A stretch of 64,000 nucleotides of DNA from the human T2T-CHM13v2.0 reference genome, Homo sapiens (GCF_009914755.1 NC_060939.1); one strand, 5' to 3'; numbered from the stretch's first letter, positions 41,246 to 57,859 are shown. The notes: generated by a model not told the origin, from the sequence alone. Translations and numbers: made by a program.

Positions 41246-42207
41246 ATTGTCGAAAGTTGCATCTGGCTTAGAGCTCAGAGGGTTTTGAAGCAACTTCTTT
41301 GAATTGTTTGACACTTTCACAATCTACTGAAATTTTCAAGGGGAAAAAGACAATAGTTTATATATTTTTAAAAATCTTAGAAAATTGTCGTCCCACATCT
41401 TTCCATTATTGCTGATGTTTCAGCTACTATGTTGGGCTTAGAGTGAAAATTTGAATCCCAATCTGTTATCAAGACTTTAAATTCTCCCATTAAAATTCAA
41501 AAGTAATGATTCTTCTTTTTTCCTTTTACTATAAGATACCGATTAGGATGAAATGTGATTCATTTTTGAACTTTACTGATCATTGTAGTAATCACTGATG
41601 TATGTTACAATATACATAAAAGGTTAGTACATTAGAATTGTGTTGGATTACCAGCACCTGCTAAAGTATACGTTATTGACATAAGAATAAAGGAAGTTCC
41701 TAGCCATAGAGAAAATCTTCAGATAGTGAGATACCATGATCCTGACTAGATAATCTACATACAATGAGCAGTAAGCAGTCACATTTTTTCATGAGGCATC
41801 TACTGCAAAATAAATATGAAAATAGCTTGTACTAATTGAATGCTTGAAAACCAGAAATGCTTGAATACCAGCAACTGTTTTAAGCACATTGCATTGGATT
41901 GACTCAGCTCTGTGAAAGAGATGCTCTTATTATCCCCATTTTGCAGATGAAAAAACAGAGGTCCACATATGTTATGTAATCAGCCTGATTATACAGCCAG
42001 TAAGAGGTAGAACTCACACATAAACCAACTGAGTTTGGCTTGTTTCTTCTGGCAAAGGGCAACCTGGTCATTCTCAAGGTTTCAGTCCTTCACTCTTCAA
42101 TACTTAAAGTCTTTTGGGATTTCAAGAATAACTTGAAAAACTGAGGGCTTGTCAGGTTTATGATGAGAAAAGTAGGGAGAAATTTTCATAAATTAAAGGG
42201 TAGTGAT

Positions 42208-42852
<645 letters not shown>

Positions 42853-43769
42853 TTATGTTTATTTGATGGTGAGGAAAGACTGGAGGATAATGTGGAAAGG
42901 AACAAAGGGAATGATGTAGTTCAGGGTTGCTTTATAAAGGACTCTGATACAGAAGGTAAGACGTCCCGCCAGTCAGTTCCTAGATGCTGGGCATGACCTT
43001 TTTAATGAGTCCAGTGCCAAATGAAACAAGGAATGCCAAACATCATATTAGCTTAGAGTTCCCCAAATCAATATGGACTCTCATGTACTTTTCCTTTAGG
43101 GCCACAGTTTATGAAAAGCCAGTATCTAGGTATTTCATTAAACCAAGTTCTTAGCTTAGGATGGCATTTTGGAGACATTTTGCTGTCCATTGTAATGCTC
43201 ATTCATTACAAACGTGCCCTCACAGTCCAGTTTTCTGCCAGGTAAGGATGACACATGTTTAACTCCTATCTTCATGGCTTACACATAGGCAGAAAATTCT
43301 GTTGAATAACATAAATGAACTATTATGTGATAGATTAATCAAACAAATGAATCAAACTAATGTGTCTGCTAACCATCATGCTTATGAAATATTACATGTG
43401 TTGATCACTCTCTTCTCCCAATTAAGATTCCACTCCAAATTAATGAAATGATATACCTTCTTAAGAAAACTCTTTTAAAAGTGGTGCAAATGCCAGAAAC
43501 TCCAGGAAGGGTAGAAGGAAGACACTGTTCATGTGTAGGAGCCTCAGGTACCCTTCAGTGCTATCACATATGCACTATTTCTGTCCCTGCATATGTGGTA
43601 CTGAGCAACTTGTTGACCCTCGTGTGCCATGTTTCCGAGATGAGAATATCACCATACAACTTGTGAGCCATTAAAAAAAATCTGGTCATCTTAAGCATCT
43701 AGAGATAATGCTTTAGGTCACTTTTTCTGCTTCTTGCTCTGTTTTGCATTTGATGATGATGATCATCAT

Positions 43770-44010
43770 AGAAAATATTTATTGAGTGCTTAGTTGCTTG
43801 TCAGGCCTATGCTGAATGCTTTACAGATATTTTCTCATTGATGACAACCATGCAATGACACAGCAGTTATACTTTCCCCGTTTATAGATGAGGAAATAGA
43901 AGCTTAGCCAGGTCCAGTAACGTGTTTAAGGTCACACAACGTGTTAGTAGTTGAAGTCAATGTTGAAGCCCACATTGCCAGTCCCCATGCAGGCACTGCC
44001 AACCACTACA
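43770..44010 (-). mobile_element. MIR
   Basis: atttattgagtgctt...tttatagatgaggaaatagaagcttag...aaggtcacaca. Confidence 0.8.
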
Positions 44011-47000
44011 ATGTAGTGTATTTGCCTGTAGCAATTCTACCTTTTTCAGTTTCATCCCCAGTCCTCAGCTCTTCACTGATTGCTTGGACTTGGTGAAAGC
44101 TTTGGCTGCAATGGTTTTGACCTTAGAACTCTTGCTTCAGATGGCACCCAGCCTCTAGCTTCATCTGTTTATAGTTCTTCTTAGTAGCCATATACTGCTA
44201 GAATCAAATTCAGACCTGGAACCCCAGGTCATTTGGTTGGCACCACTCCCAAGCCTCTCCTCATCTTCAGGCAAGGAAGAGATCAGACATACCTGGCCTG
44301 GGACACTCTCTGACAGGAAATCTTAAAATTTCACATACTCAAACTGATGGATGAAATAACATGGACATTCTTTGTTCTTTTTACTTGCAAAGGTAGAACT
44401 GGACCTGATGAAATAGTTGGAAAGCAGAAGCTGTCTCCATATTTAGTTAGCCTCAAAATACGCACAACCTGAGAGCTCCCTATTTAGCTCACCTTCCTGC
44501 CTCTGCTGCAAATGTTTGCTGATGCTACAGCTTACAAAGCACACATCTGCAGGGGCTCTCTGAGCCCCTTTGGTACACTCTTTCCCATGATTAGGTAAAT
44601 GTCAGTGGAAAATCACCATGTATTTAGTGTTTTAATAAAACCACAATGTTGTTTATTTTGTAACCTCAGGTTCCAAAAGGGAAAGAAACAGCCACATTAA
44701 ACTTTGCCCCTAAAACTCCAGCAACTCCCTCCAGGATACTTATAAATGTTATCCTACTGCCACCCAAGCTACGTTTTCACTAGACCATCTTCCACTGCTA
44801 ATTCTAGTCGATAATCATAGGACTGCCCAGGGTCATTTTCAGGCTTAAGGAAAGAAATAGAATCCAGATTGTGTGTCACAAGAAACATAACTTTAATTCC
44901 TAACTTCCAGCTCTTTGATGACAAGGTCACCAAATGCCAAACTTAGATCACGGAACAGTAATTCTACCAAGAACACACAGGCATGAAATCTATCTCAGCT
45001 TTTACTTCCTCTGCCTGGCTTTCAGAGAGCTTCATTGCCACCTCTAATCTTATTGTGAAGCACCTGCTTCTTGCACTGCATTGTCTGGCACAATGACAAT
45101 AATCAAGGGGTGAATAACCAGGGATATGTGACTATGGAGCCCATAATATCCAGGGTGGTCCTAAGGTGCCATCTCAGGTGCTGTTGATATGGCCCCCCAC
45201 TTGTGCTTGTCATAGTTGCCACATGGGCAGTGGGATTTTAGTAGACAGGAGAGCTCCTCTCCACCCTGCCTTTGCGTGTTTCTCAATGCTTGTATTTTTA
45301 AAAGAAACTTGGACAGAAGCCATAGATAACTAAAAATGCAATATACCCCATATATGACATACATAATGACATATATTAACTCTTATGCATGACTATGATC
45401 AGCATCTTTTCAGAGAGTTTCTTGTTTAAGAGGGAGGAGAACCCAATGTCATTGGATGCTGGAGACCTGGAGTGAGCAAAAAGGGCCTTTGTAGAGGATG
45501 AGAAAGTGAGAAAGGGAAAAAACAGTGTTCCCCTATCCCACTTTTCTAATAAACCCATCCACATACACATTGAATTTACCTTTATAGTACATTATGAGAC
45601 GTCCATATGTGATGAGTAAGTTGGGTGTTTATCAACCTTGTAACTGAATATTATTATTTAATTTATCACATAGCTACTGAACTATTGTTGTTGGTGATGT
45701 TTCCTGGCAAATTCCAGGCTCTGTTTCATACAGGGTTGTTGTTGTTTTCTAATTGTTACCAAAGCCTGTGTTTTCTCTAGTATAAAAGTTTCCCTAGCTT
45801 TTGAACAAACAATCTAAATGGAAAAGCTAACCTTTTCGTTGGATAAAGGCAAGTAATTGGTTTCTCTCATTTCACTGGGCCTTTAGGCATGACCATGAGC
45901 AGGGGTCATGGCGAAACTCTGTTCAGCAGTAAATAACTTGTTGTCCATATAATGGCTAAACACTGAAGCACAGCAGATGTCCAGATTAGCTGGCAGAAAG
46001 CAACTGTATTTTGGACATGCACTAGGGCAAAGAATGCTGAATACTAGCAAATAAAAAGGATAACATTCGCTGGAGCTCCCAACTTATTCACCATCAATAT
46101 TAAGTACGTATGTTAATAACGACTTCTCTGTATTATCCATAATAAATGGAAAGAGTATTAAGCTAAGGAACTGAAACATTTATTTGGAAGAGAAAACAAT
46201 GGGATGAGAATCCACAAATTGGCTCATGGAAGAAATCCCATTGGAGTTGCAGGGGGTGGTAAAGAGAAGTCCTCAAATCTCTGGTTACCCTTCCTTGCAT
46301 CTGTTAAAGGGATAAGAATCAAGCAGAAAATTGTGGCCAAGCTCATTGTCAAGGTGAGGGCTGAATCTTCTCCATTCGTTAGGGGGAGCTGTTTAGTCAG
46401 CAGGAATGGCAGTGGGTAACAGCTGGTGAAATTCATTGCCTCCTTGATTCTGTTGGACTCAGGTCTCTTCCTCCCTCCTTGGCTTCCCTGGAAGCAGAGC
46501 TCTCTATTTCCTCCTGTCTAGAAAGCCCCTGTGAAGGCTAGTTGTCAATAGATGTTAAGGCTTGATTTGGCTGTGTCCACTACATATGAGGCCCACTGCG
46601 TTAAGATAAGGGTTTTCTATATGATTGCTGAGACCTTTTACCATCTGTCCTCAGACCCAGGGTTATTGTGCAGAAATGAAGAGGAGGAGCAGCAAGGACA
46701 AAATACAAATGTCTCCATTTTAGGGCTAGATGCCTTATTACTCCTAACGTCTAAATCTCCAGGAACCAGATATAGAAACATCTATTAGATCTGGGCACTG
46801 AGGCTGAGTGGGAAAGGTAAGAAAATGGTGGCTAAAATGTCTTTACTCCTCCTGATCAAATGAAAGGCTAGTTTCTGCAGCTCTGTTGTAGACCTGTTGC
46901 AGAGGCAGGCACGAGTAGTTAGCCCCAGCTACTTACTACTCTTTTTCTTGTTTCCCACAGGGCACTTCATAACTTTTCACCTCTGATCTTATATAGTGTT

Positions 47001-50000
47001 TGCAATCTGTGTCATTCTTATTTCTTAACTATATTTTGTTCGTATTGCTCCTTGTGACATGTCTGAAAAGCTGACTAGCCGTGCTAGGGAGTCTAACATT
47101 TAAGAGATTAGACATCTCCAGGTGGTATAGATGCTCTGAAAACAAAATTTACCTGGCTCTGAAAAGATCAGTCAAGTTGAAACTGGCACAGCATGAGTAT
47201 AAATCTGAGGGTCTAGGAAGTTATGGGATGGTGTTGGTGTTGAACAACTACGATCTTGGGAAGAAAGTTTTTCAGCTGCCTGTTTGTCAACTATGGAGCC
47301 TCATACTAATGTCCCCTTTCCCTCTCCCATTCCTCTTCCTTCTTTTACTCTCCCATTCCACCTCCATTTTTCTATTTTCTTTTCAAAGTCTCCTCCTCCT
47401 TTCTCATGTACCTCTGGTATGCTTATTTACATCAAAGAAAACTACTTGTTTTACTTTTTTTCCTTCAATATGCCTGCTGAATTATAATATTGATATGTAT
47501 CTTGTTATGTTAACTGGCTGCCGAACAGAGGGTATCACTTCCTACCCAGCTGGAGGAGATTTTTTAAAAAGCCAAACTCAGTTTTCCAGGATTTTAGCAA
47601 AAAATTCATCTATTGACCCAGTTACAATTCTAATTCTTATAAGACAAAGAAAAAGAAGTGGATTTACTTATAGAAGTCTGTTAAAAATTAAATTAATATG
47701 GGTGCATAGCAAATATAGTTTTATTCCACTAATAAATTGTGTAGGTTGGAATTTTTATGCATTGAAAATAATTTAAAGGACAATAGGCATTACATATACA
47801 TTTATGTTCTATTGTATTAATTGGAAAAGGATGAAGAAGATTAAATGCTGGTGATACATATATATGGAAAAAAGGAAATGAAAAACTGAGTGCATTCCCA
47901 GAATGGGTTCGAATCCACTCACATTGCCTGTTCCCAGCTTGTGGTTGTAAATTGTTTATATTATTAGCTACAGGAGTATCCTATGTAAAGAAGGCAAATT
48001 ATTTAAAATGGAGCTAGCACTGTCTTCAAACAGGATGCACCATTAAAATAAACTTTGAAGTCGTATTAGTCTCTTTTAGAAGAAAACAGCTCTATAACAC
48101 CTGATCAGTTATTTCCAGGGACAAGCACTTCTGGTAGCCCACCGAAGGGTTGGGCAGTGCTTCCCTGGCAGATCTGCACCCCTTTGTGGCAGTTCTCTCA
48201 TTCCAGTCTCCATCTGCCCTTCCTTTGACCAAGCTGTCTTTGGAGTACTGCTTTAACTTCCTTTCTTCATCTCAACCTGCATTTGGATATAACTAATTCA
48301 GCTTGCTGCTGAGCACAGCAAGAAATCCACCTCAGCACCCCCTGCACAAACTGACTTCTGCTTTTACAAAACCAGATACCAAACTGGTTTCACAATGGAG
48401 ATGTTGAACATAAAAGTTGGCTCCATCATAATGTCCACCCGGTGGTTATGTGAATGGTTGTTTATAACTTGTGTTCAGCTTTCTAGCCGAGCACTAGTGT
48501 CGCCTAAAATTGCTACTGTGAGAAAACCAAAATGCTATTTTGTAAACCCAGACTGTTCATCTAAGTTTTGGAAAACTGCTCTTCTTTCTGCAGAGCTTGC
48601 TAAAGAAAGATAAACAACTCTACCCAGACAATGGGAAGCTGGGGAGCACTGGCTCTTTATTAGGTTACACGTTACTGTAGGGATGGCCAGAAATGTGTGC
48701 TTAAAAGGCATTTGCCTTCTTGTGGGGTAAAATATGTTAAGTACCCCCAATCTCCTCAAACCCCTCAGTTGACCCTTTGTAAATTTGTTACTGAGAAATT
48801 GTTCAGCCCCTTATTTTTCCCATGATCACATCAGAAGTACAATTTGGATATTAAGGCATCTAGTGTTCTTCTACTGTAACTGTAGTTTAAACAACCTATT
48901 TGACTTAAATTAATCCCAAACTGATGCCTGATAATTAATGATCAGTGGCCCCATATTCACCTATAATTACTTGCCAGGCAGCCCCTTGACTTCTAAAGAA
49001 GCTGTATACGATGAGTAATTGCATACCTGAAGATATGCTGGATTTGTGTCTCAGGGCAGAATACAATTGTAAATAATTTATTTGACCCACCTTGAATTAT
49101 TAAATTTTAAATGAGCAAATTAATAATAAAATCTATGCAGGATGATAGTAATAATCTAATTTTTCCATTTAGCATGGATTTTGAATCAAATATGTAATTT
49201 ACATGGTGATAATAAATTTGTGTCTTAACGAATGAAATGATTTCAGGGATTGGCTGTCATCTTTGGAAACATCAGAAAATAGGTACAAGTGGCCACATGG
49301 GGAAATTCGGTAATTCCTAGCAATTCAATGAGATGGAAATAGTAACCTTTTGTAGCTGCTTGTAAGCACCTCCTGAGCTACAGGGATGAGAAACAGAGGG
49401 TAACGCTTGGGATCGGGGTGGATGGGGTTAAGCTTTTTCCTGGAGACACGTATCAGAGCCCATGAGTCCTTTCAGGGAAGCAGTGAAGGATATGTGGGAA
49501 ATAAGTCCTCATAAAATGAAAAACAAAACAAAAACAAAAAATCATTACTCAGTAAGTGGGAGGATTAGACGTTGTCAGTAGATGTTCTACCATCCTGTGG
49601 AGTCAATTTTGAAGTAAGGGAGGCAAGGAGTGGCTGAGTCAGAAGCAGGAAAGTGTCTGGGCATAGAAATGGAAAATTTGTCTGGAGTCTAGGAAGTAAG
49701 TGTAATCTTATAGGTGGCCTCTAGTCCCTTCCCTAAGAATCTAAGAGGAATATTAAGGTTTTTATGGCTGGTGAGAAGGGTAGGAACATGTCATAAAACT
49801 ACTTCTGCATTTCCTTTTAGTCAGAAGGTGGTATTTGTCCAGACTGGTGTTTGGGATACCTATTTGTTTTCTGAGACTCCTCCATGTTTATATTAAAGTT
49901 TTTAGGTGAAAGTTTATACCACCTGGTCCCTTTCCATTGAATATATTACCTGGAAATGTTGTTCATGGGAAGGAAACCTAAAAGCCCATACTTGAACCGT

Positions 50001-50178
50001 GAAAGTAGTTTTGAAGCAGCTTGATTGGTAACAGAAATAGAAACACGATTCTCTCCTTTATAGAAGCAGTGTCCTTAGCAAGGGTGGCTTCCAAAAGAAG
50101 TGTGTTTAAAGTAAATGTTGTTTTCCCTCTGCTTCCATTTAAAAATCAAACCCACATTCTCAATGTTGAAGATTGAAA

Positions 50179-50656
<478 letters not shown>

Positions 50657-51697
50657 CTAAATGAATCCAGATTTGACTTAATCAGTTCTGCAATCTGTGA
50701 AATGGGATTACTTGAAATGACAGAGAACTCTATTAGAATTAAACTCTGTTCTGATATCACACAATTTAATAAATAAACTGCTCTCTGGGCCAGTTCCTAA
50801 GTTTATATCTTGCTTTCAGACATAAGCTGGACATTATGGAAACCACATTGACTCTGACAGTCAAGGTAAGCAGTTTGTTGTCAGTTGGCAAGGGATCTCG
50901 GAAGACATACACTTCATTTTCCCAGATAATTCTCTTCTCCTCCAACCAGAAATTTTGTTTTAAAACAGAGACAGAAAGGGTAGAATTATGTTGGAAGATT
51001 TTTTCTGCCTCTATAACTGCCGTAACCTGGAACATAATTTCCAAACCAGCTGTGAACTTTTGAACTTATAAAGCCTTTATTGACACGGTTAACTGGTTAA
51101 GACGTCTTTTATATTATCTCACTAATAAATTAATTCAAATCGTTTACATTTCTCTGACCAAATTTTTATAGCTTTTGGGATAGAAATAATGTGCTTGAGG
51201 GAGCTGCTTATGCCTTCCTCAAAACTGGGATTTGAAAGGAAGGAAGATATCTGTGTATATTAAGTCATTTATTTAATCCATTCAATTAAATCTCTAAAAT
51301 AATAGGTCAGTAAAGATACATCGAGTAACCTCACTTTATAAAGGGTACTATCAAAACACTAAGGGAAATTTCAAAGTAGAGAAGAAGCAGTATTTGCCTT
51401 AGAAAAATGTGTAGTCTATTTAGGGAGACCAACCAACCTCACAGATAAGAAAAGCATATAATACTTGGAAGAACATAAAAAGAATAAGCAACTGAGATGA
51501 GGCAAATTGAGCCCATGTATGCTAAAGGGATATAAGGCAGAGGCAACAAAAACACAGATGAGATTAATCAGAGAAGTCTTCCTGGAAGAGGTGAACTTTA
51601 AATAGGATTTTGAAAAACGAACAGTGGAGAGGAATTTTTAATGAGAGAAATAGTCTTCACATGAGACATGAAATGTAAAGTGCTGAGCAGAAAATAA

Positions 51698-52019
<322 letters not shown>

Positions 52020-54192
52020 AAGATTTTATTCTGTAGCCTGGGTAAGTTTCACATTTAGAAATATAGAAGAAGCTCTTATATCTGCCATAGTTTGATTGGG
52101 TAATTAAAACTAGAGCTGAAAAAAGGAATTACAAAATATAAAGCACATATCCCTTAAGCATTTTCTTTTAACTTCAAACCTATAAACATACACCCGATGA
52201 CAAATTTTCAACATAATGCCAGAATGTTTTCTTTGAGTTCGAGTCTCTCTTCTTTCTAATGACTCTTTTGCATTAACCACACCCACATGTATTATCCTCA
52301 GTTTCCAGGTTCAGTCCCTTGGAAGCAGAATCAGAACTCTAAGGCACTTGCTAAGCAATGTGGACACAATCTTCTACTCTGGCTTTTATTTTTCCCCCAA
52401 AACGTTTGCAGTTACATTACCTTTACAGAATTTGTTGGCAGGTTCTTTAGGGACATGCCTTCAGAAGAATCCACATCAATGCAATTTCCATGAAAACAGC
52501 TGTTTATTTTCATATTCATATTTAATTCGTTAGTTTATTTTAATCCAATTTTATAAATGCTGTAAATAAAATAGCCACATAAGCAGATTTAGGAACATAC
52601 ACAAGCGACTGCTAGAACGTAGACAACTCATTTTATGGGCATGGAAGTATACAGGCTTACTAATGAGAATCTGCTGAAGGAGAGAACTTAACATGTGGAA
52701 TGTCTCATTACATGTATTTCAGATTTCAGTGATATAATAAGTCAGTTAAGTAAAGATCAGTTGATATAAAGATATCTATTGAAATAACTATTGTAATAAA
52801 ATGATGAAGGCAGGCTCAAAGATGACCCTAGACTTAAAAGTCAGTTGAAAGCAACTCTAGAGCTTCCAGTCAAAATAGTTGGAGGTGATCATACTTCACC
52901 CATGACTCCAGTCTCTAGTGATGATAAATAAAATGCTAAAAAGAGAAAATTAAAACAGCTGCAATTAAAAAACAAGAAAAACATCTTTGTGGCCAGAAAC
53001 ATAAGAGAAATGCAAAAATGTGAATTAAGCCAGGCTGAAGCTACCAGCCTGAAGGGCTGAAGGCCAGAATTCTTTGGTAGATTTTACACTTTGAACATCT
53101 GGTTCAACATTACTGCAGCAGAAAACTTGGACTATGTCTACATGGCAAAAATTACAATGGATTGTGGTAGATTTACAATCTCCAGAATAAACCATTTCAA
53201 AGCAAATTCACAGGTTCAACCAGAAATTTGAACAATCCAATTAGAGGCATCATATTCGTGGCTTTGGCTCATTACTGGAAACAGCCAACAGGTGCTATTT
53301 TTATTTTTGAACAAGAGCTCATCACAGATAACCATTGCACAGTTACCACGAATGACCTCAATCTATGGGATCTTTCTTACCCACATCAGTCTCTGGAGTG
53401 ACGCCTATAGCATAGTTCCTGAAACCAACCTCATTCATGCTGCAGACCCAGGAACACACTAGCTACACCTGTGGCCCTGGGGATATTCCAATAAAGATCA
53501 ATGGGAAGAGGGTCCTTCTGTAACAGGAGTGACTTGAGGGCTTTCTTTAAAATTTCAAGATGGTCTATCAAAGGGGCATCCTGGAGTTTATTATCAATGA
53601 AAATATTTTTTAGCAGAGGAAAGATGAGTAAAATAACAGTTGTGACCCAACTCTAAAAGAAGAAAACATACAACTGTATGTAAATTCAAGGTAATGTGAT
53701 ATTAATATAAAGTTATAGGAAATATGAGTTTTAAACTTTAACATTTTATATTGAACTTGTAGCCACCATGAACAAACCTTCTGAGGGGTGACTAAGGAGT
53801 CATTGGGAACATATGGGCTAACTCCTCTTGTGCATAGTTAGAAATGGTCTTTGTCCTACTTGGCCCCTCTCTGCTCTTCATTCAGTGAAGATATGTTGAA
53901 TATTTAGTCTGAGTCAGAGTCTGTATTGGGTTTAGGGAGGGCACAGGTGGATAAGACCCTGTAAATGTTCTGAGGGTATTTTGCATTTTGCTTTTCTTCT
54001 TGGCAAGGAACCATTTGATGAAATAAATAAAGATACAAAGAGGTAAAGAATCACTATTTCTTGCTTTTTGTAAAGTGTCGCCATATTAACATGGCAAAAG
54101 AAATACAGTAATAGTATTATTATATATAAACTATCTATCTTGCAAATAAACAATTACATGATGAGTCAAGCCTTTTAAGAAGGGGATCACTA

Positions 54193-54485
54193 CTGGGTGC
54201 GGTGGCTCACACCTGTAATCCCAGCACTTTGGGAGGCTGAGGCGGGCAGATCACGAGGTCAGGAGATCAAGACCATCCTGGCTAACATGGTGAAACCCTG
54301 TCTCTACTAAAAATACAAAAAAAATTAGCCAGGCATGGTGGCGGGGGCCTGTAGTCCCAGCTACTGCTGCTGAGGCAGCAGAATGACGTGAACTCAGGAG
54401 GTGGAGGTTGCAGTGAGCCGAGACTGCACCACTGCACTCCAGCCTGGGTGACAGAGCGAGACTCCGTCTCAAAAAGAAAAAAAAA
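54193..54485 (+). mobile_element. AluSc/Y-like
   Basis: gatcacgaggtcaggagatc...atcctggctaac; A tail. Confidence 0.9.
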
Positions 54486-54751
54486 GGGACCACAAAGCTG
54501 TGTTTATACAAAAAGAGATTTCTTTAAAAGTAAAAACCAAGTCCGCAAACATATATAGAACTGTATAAGATCACACAAGTGCTGCTCAATATAGGTAGAA
54601 TATAGACATGGCTAAGACAAGGTTTCTGTCCTCACAGAATGTGAAGCCTACTAGTTGAAACAAGAGAAAAGCATGGGATCAGAGGGACAACCCTCTGCTT
54701 GTACTTAACTCTTGCTTGTTAGTCCTGTAGTACCATTTGGTGAAGACAAGT

Positions 54752-55079
<328 letters not shown>

Positions 55080-55529
55080 TGATGAGGACAATATCTCAGC
55101 CATCTGGCACTTACAGCTTTGATGCAACTAAGTGGTTCTAAGCTGATCCTCTATTTCCAAGGACATAGTAGATTGTGATTCCCTATGGTCGAGGAGGTAT
55201 GATCCTGGTTTCTTCATGCCTCAGCTCGTCTGGGAAGAGTTGTGGGCAAAGGTTTCTAGCAGAGCTTCTGATTCATCTTGATAATTCATTAACTCAGATG
55301 GCACATATGGAAAGTACAGGAGGATGTGAGACGATAATGCCTCCCATGACGAGGGAAGATGGGCACAAGAACTATGATTGGTCTCTAACTCCTATGCCCT
55401 GGCTCATAGTTGATTTTGAAACCGGCCAGTGCTGGCCTTCCTCAAGGGGTCATACTCTTTCACTTTGAGATCAGGCTTCTGGTATTTCCACATGTGGCAC
55501 TGCCAGGGGCCTGGTACAACACAGTAGTA

Positions 55530-55800
55530 GTAGTAATAATAATAATTTATTGATTGTTTTCTATGGGTCAGGCAATGAGCTATATGCTTTACCAGTTTTA
55601 ACTCATAAGGCATAAGGACCCTGAGTTAAATATTAAAATCACCCCATTTTGTAAGATAATAAAAATTGAAGCTTTGAGGTTAGCTAATGCCCAGATTGAA
55701 GCTAGAGAGGTCAGCTAGTGGCCCAGATTGACATATCAAGGAATAAGACTGGCACTCAGACTCTGCTATGTCTGATTCCAGATGCAGGTCTCTAGCATGC
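55530..55800 (-). mobile_element. MIR with internal ~31-bp tandem duplication
   Basis: atttattga...cccattttgtaagat; attgaagct...gaggt.agcta.tg(g)cccag twice. Confidence 0.65.
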
Positions 55801-56379
55801 TGAGAAATTTTAGCACACATTCAATTTCTCATAACAATTGTTCATTGTTCTCAAAAGCATCTCTGTATATCTCATGACCCAAATTCAAGCTCCTGCTTCC
55901 ACAAAGCACATGCACATATATACAGATTCACACACATAGAGTGTTTTTCCACGATCTCATTTACAATGGGCTCCGTTATTGCTTATACCCAGTTTAATTT
56001 TTGGCTGGGCCTTTAAATACTTTTTAAATGTTAAGAATTCCAGGGACCTTCACAAAGACCAAAGTAGCAGGGTTTAAGTTTTCCCACAAATCAGAATAGG
56101 CAACTGCCAGCTTTCACACGAGGTCCTCCCAACCCAGTGACAACAGTTGTATTAAAGGAATAGAAAAGCCCAAACATTGTATGCATGTTTAGTAGTGCAT
56201 AAGAGCTACTTTAAAACAGATTTGGAAAAAAAGGGCAAATTCAAAATATTTGCTGCATTTCTAGCGCCTATTCACTAGGCAGTCTCATGTTGTTTTGAGC
56301 TCAGAAGCTTGGTTCTTTCCCCACTTCACCTTTCTCTTTTCCCTGAAACATCTTTATCTGCTTCCCACTCTTCCATCTG

Positions 56380-56660
56380 TCAGAAGTTCCTGTTTGCCTT
56401 TGAAAGGATTTCTCGGCAAGCTGACCTCTGTGGATTTCATCAGCCCTGCATGCTTGCACATGCTGTGACTCATTTTCACTAATCTGTGCAATGAGCAGTG
56501 AGCAGGGGCCAGCAGAGGCCCTGCAGCCTGCAAAGGACTAATCAGCTACCAACTGTGGCATATGAGGATGTCTGAGTGGAGAGCTCCAAACGCCTACACG
56601 CCTCATGCCCAGAAGCTCCTCCTTCTGTGTCCCCCACCCTTATTTTTTGCTCTTGAATAA
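56380..56660. promoter_or_regulatory. Candidate p63/AP-1/KLF enhancer core
   Basis: CTGCATGCTT-GCACATGCTG (56446-56465) directly abuts TGACTCA (56466-56472); CCCCACCC at about 56632; TTCCTG at about 56387. Confidence 0.5.
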
Positions 56661-56777
56661 GAGGCATGAAAGCAAACATCTCTAGCCCGGAGTAAGGCTC
56701 ACACTGCCAAAACCATATAGAGGAGTGTGTAGTTATTTTCCCATTTATCTATTTCAGAATTAACATTTGATTACTAA

Positions 56778-56779
<2 letters not shown>

Positions 56780-56810
<31 letters not shown>
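56780..56810. repeat. Poly(T) tract of about 31 nt (a second of about 21 nt at 57010-57030)
   Basis: Directly visible. Confidence 0.95.
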
Positions 56811-56811
<1 letters not shown>

Positions 56812-57859
56812 TAAGAAAAAGAAATATGTTTCCTCTAGTCCTGGCAGATCATTTGTTGTTTTTTCTCACTCCTCCTGCTTCTCTCAAGTGTATTTGCAAA
56901 ATGAACGAAGGCTGATTTCTAGCAGAGGATATTTCATGGCTTAGTTTCTCATGAAGATGATAAATCAGACTAGGTGACTGAATAATTACATTCATGGAGC
57001 TGGACTGTAATTTTTTTTTTTTTTTTTTTTACCATAGAACTCATAAGGCAGCGTTCTGACTCATTATATACAACAGTTTTCATAACTCATGCAAATATTG
57101 CATCCAACTTTTGGATAGAGGGGTAGTTTTAGGAATTTTCATCAATACTTAATAACACAATTTACACTACAAACAGAACATTGTAATAAAGAATTCAAGA
57201 GCAGATAAGTGCCATTAAGTCAAGTAAGGGGCTTCATAGACCTGGTTTCCATTTACAATACCTTGTCTCAAGACACATGAATATACATGTTGGTATAGTC
57301 ATAGTAGACATTATGCTCTTTCATTGTACTGTGAAGGCAACATGGTCTTTGCTCTGGGAACTGAGAGTACCGAATTCCATTTTAATTTCCATAACCAAAT
57401 TGCTATGTGAATTTGTAAAAATTCATTTCTTTTTGTTTTAACAGAGAAAAGCACCACCTGGCCTCTGCTTTCCCTGAGATTATTTTTCATAGCCTGCTTT
57501 GACTTTGACAGAGAAATGTATCTGTGTGTTCATACGCATCTGAACTCAAAGCGTACAGGTCCAGAGGTTCTTCCTTGCTTTTTATATCTGCTTACTCCCC
57601 CAAGAAAAAGACTCATGTACATTAGAACTACAGCAATAAAGAATTTTTTTTAAAAAAAACAAGAATTATCAAGAATTATATAATAAATTTGGAACTGGGA
57701 AATGATAACTGTAACTGAATCCCAAGTCAAGGACATCTGCTCCAACCAGGCATAAAATTTAGCCTTCTGCTTCCAAGGAGTTAAGATAAGAAATAGGATG
57801 AGCTACCTAGCACTTATTATGTTAGCAAGGAATTTTGACAGGGGTTGAATAATAATTTG

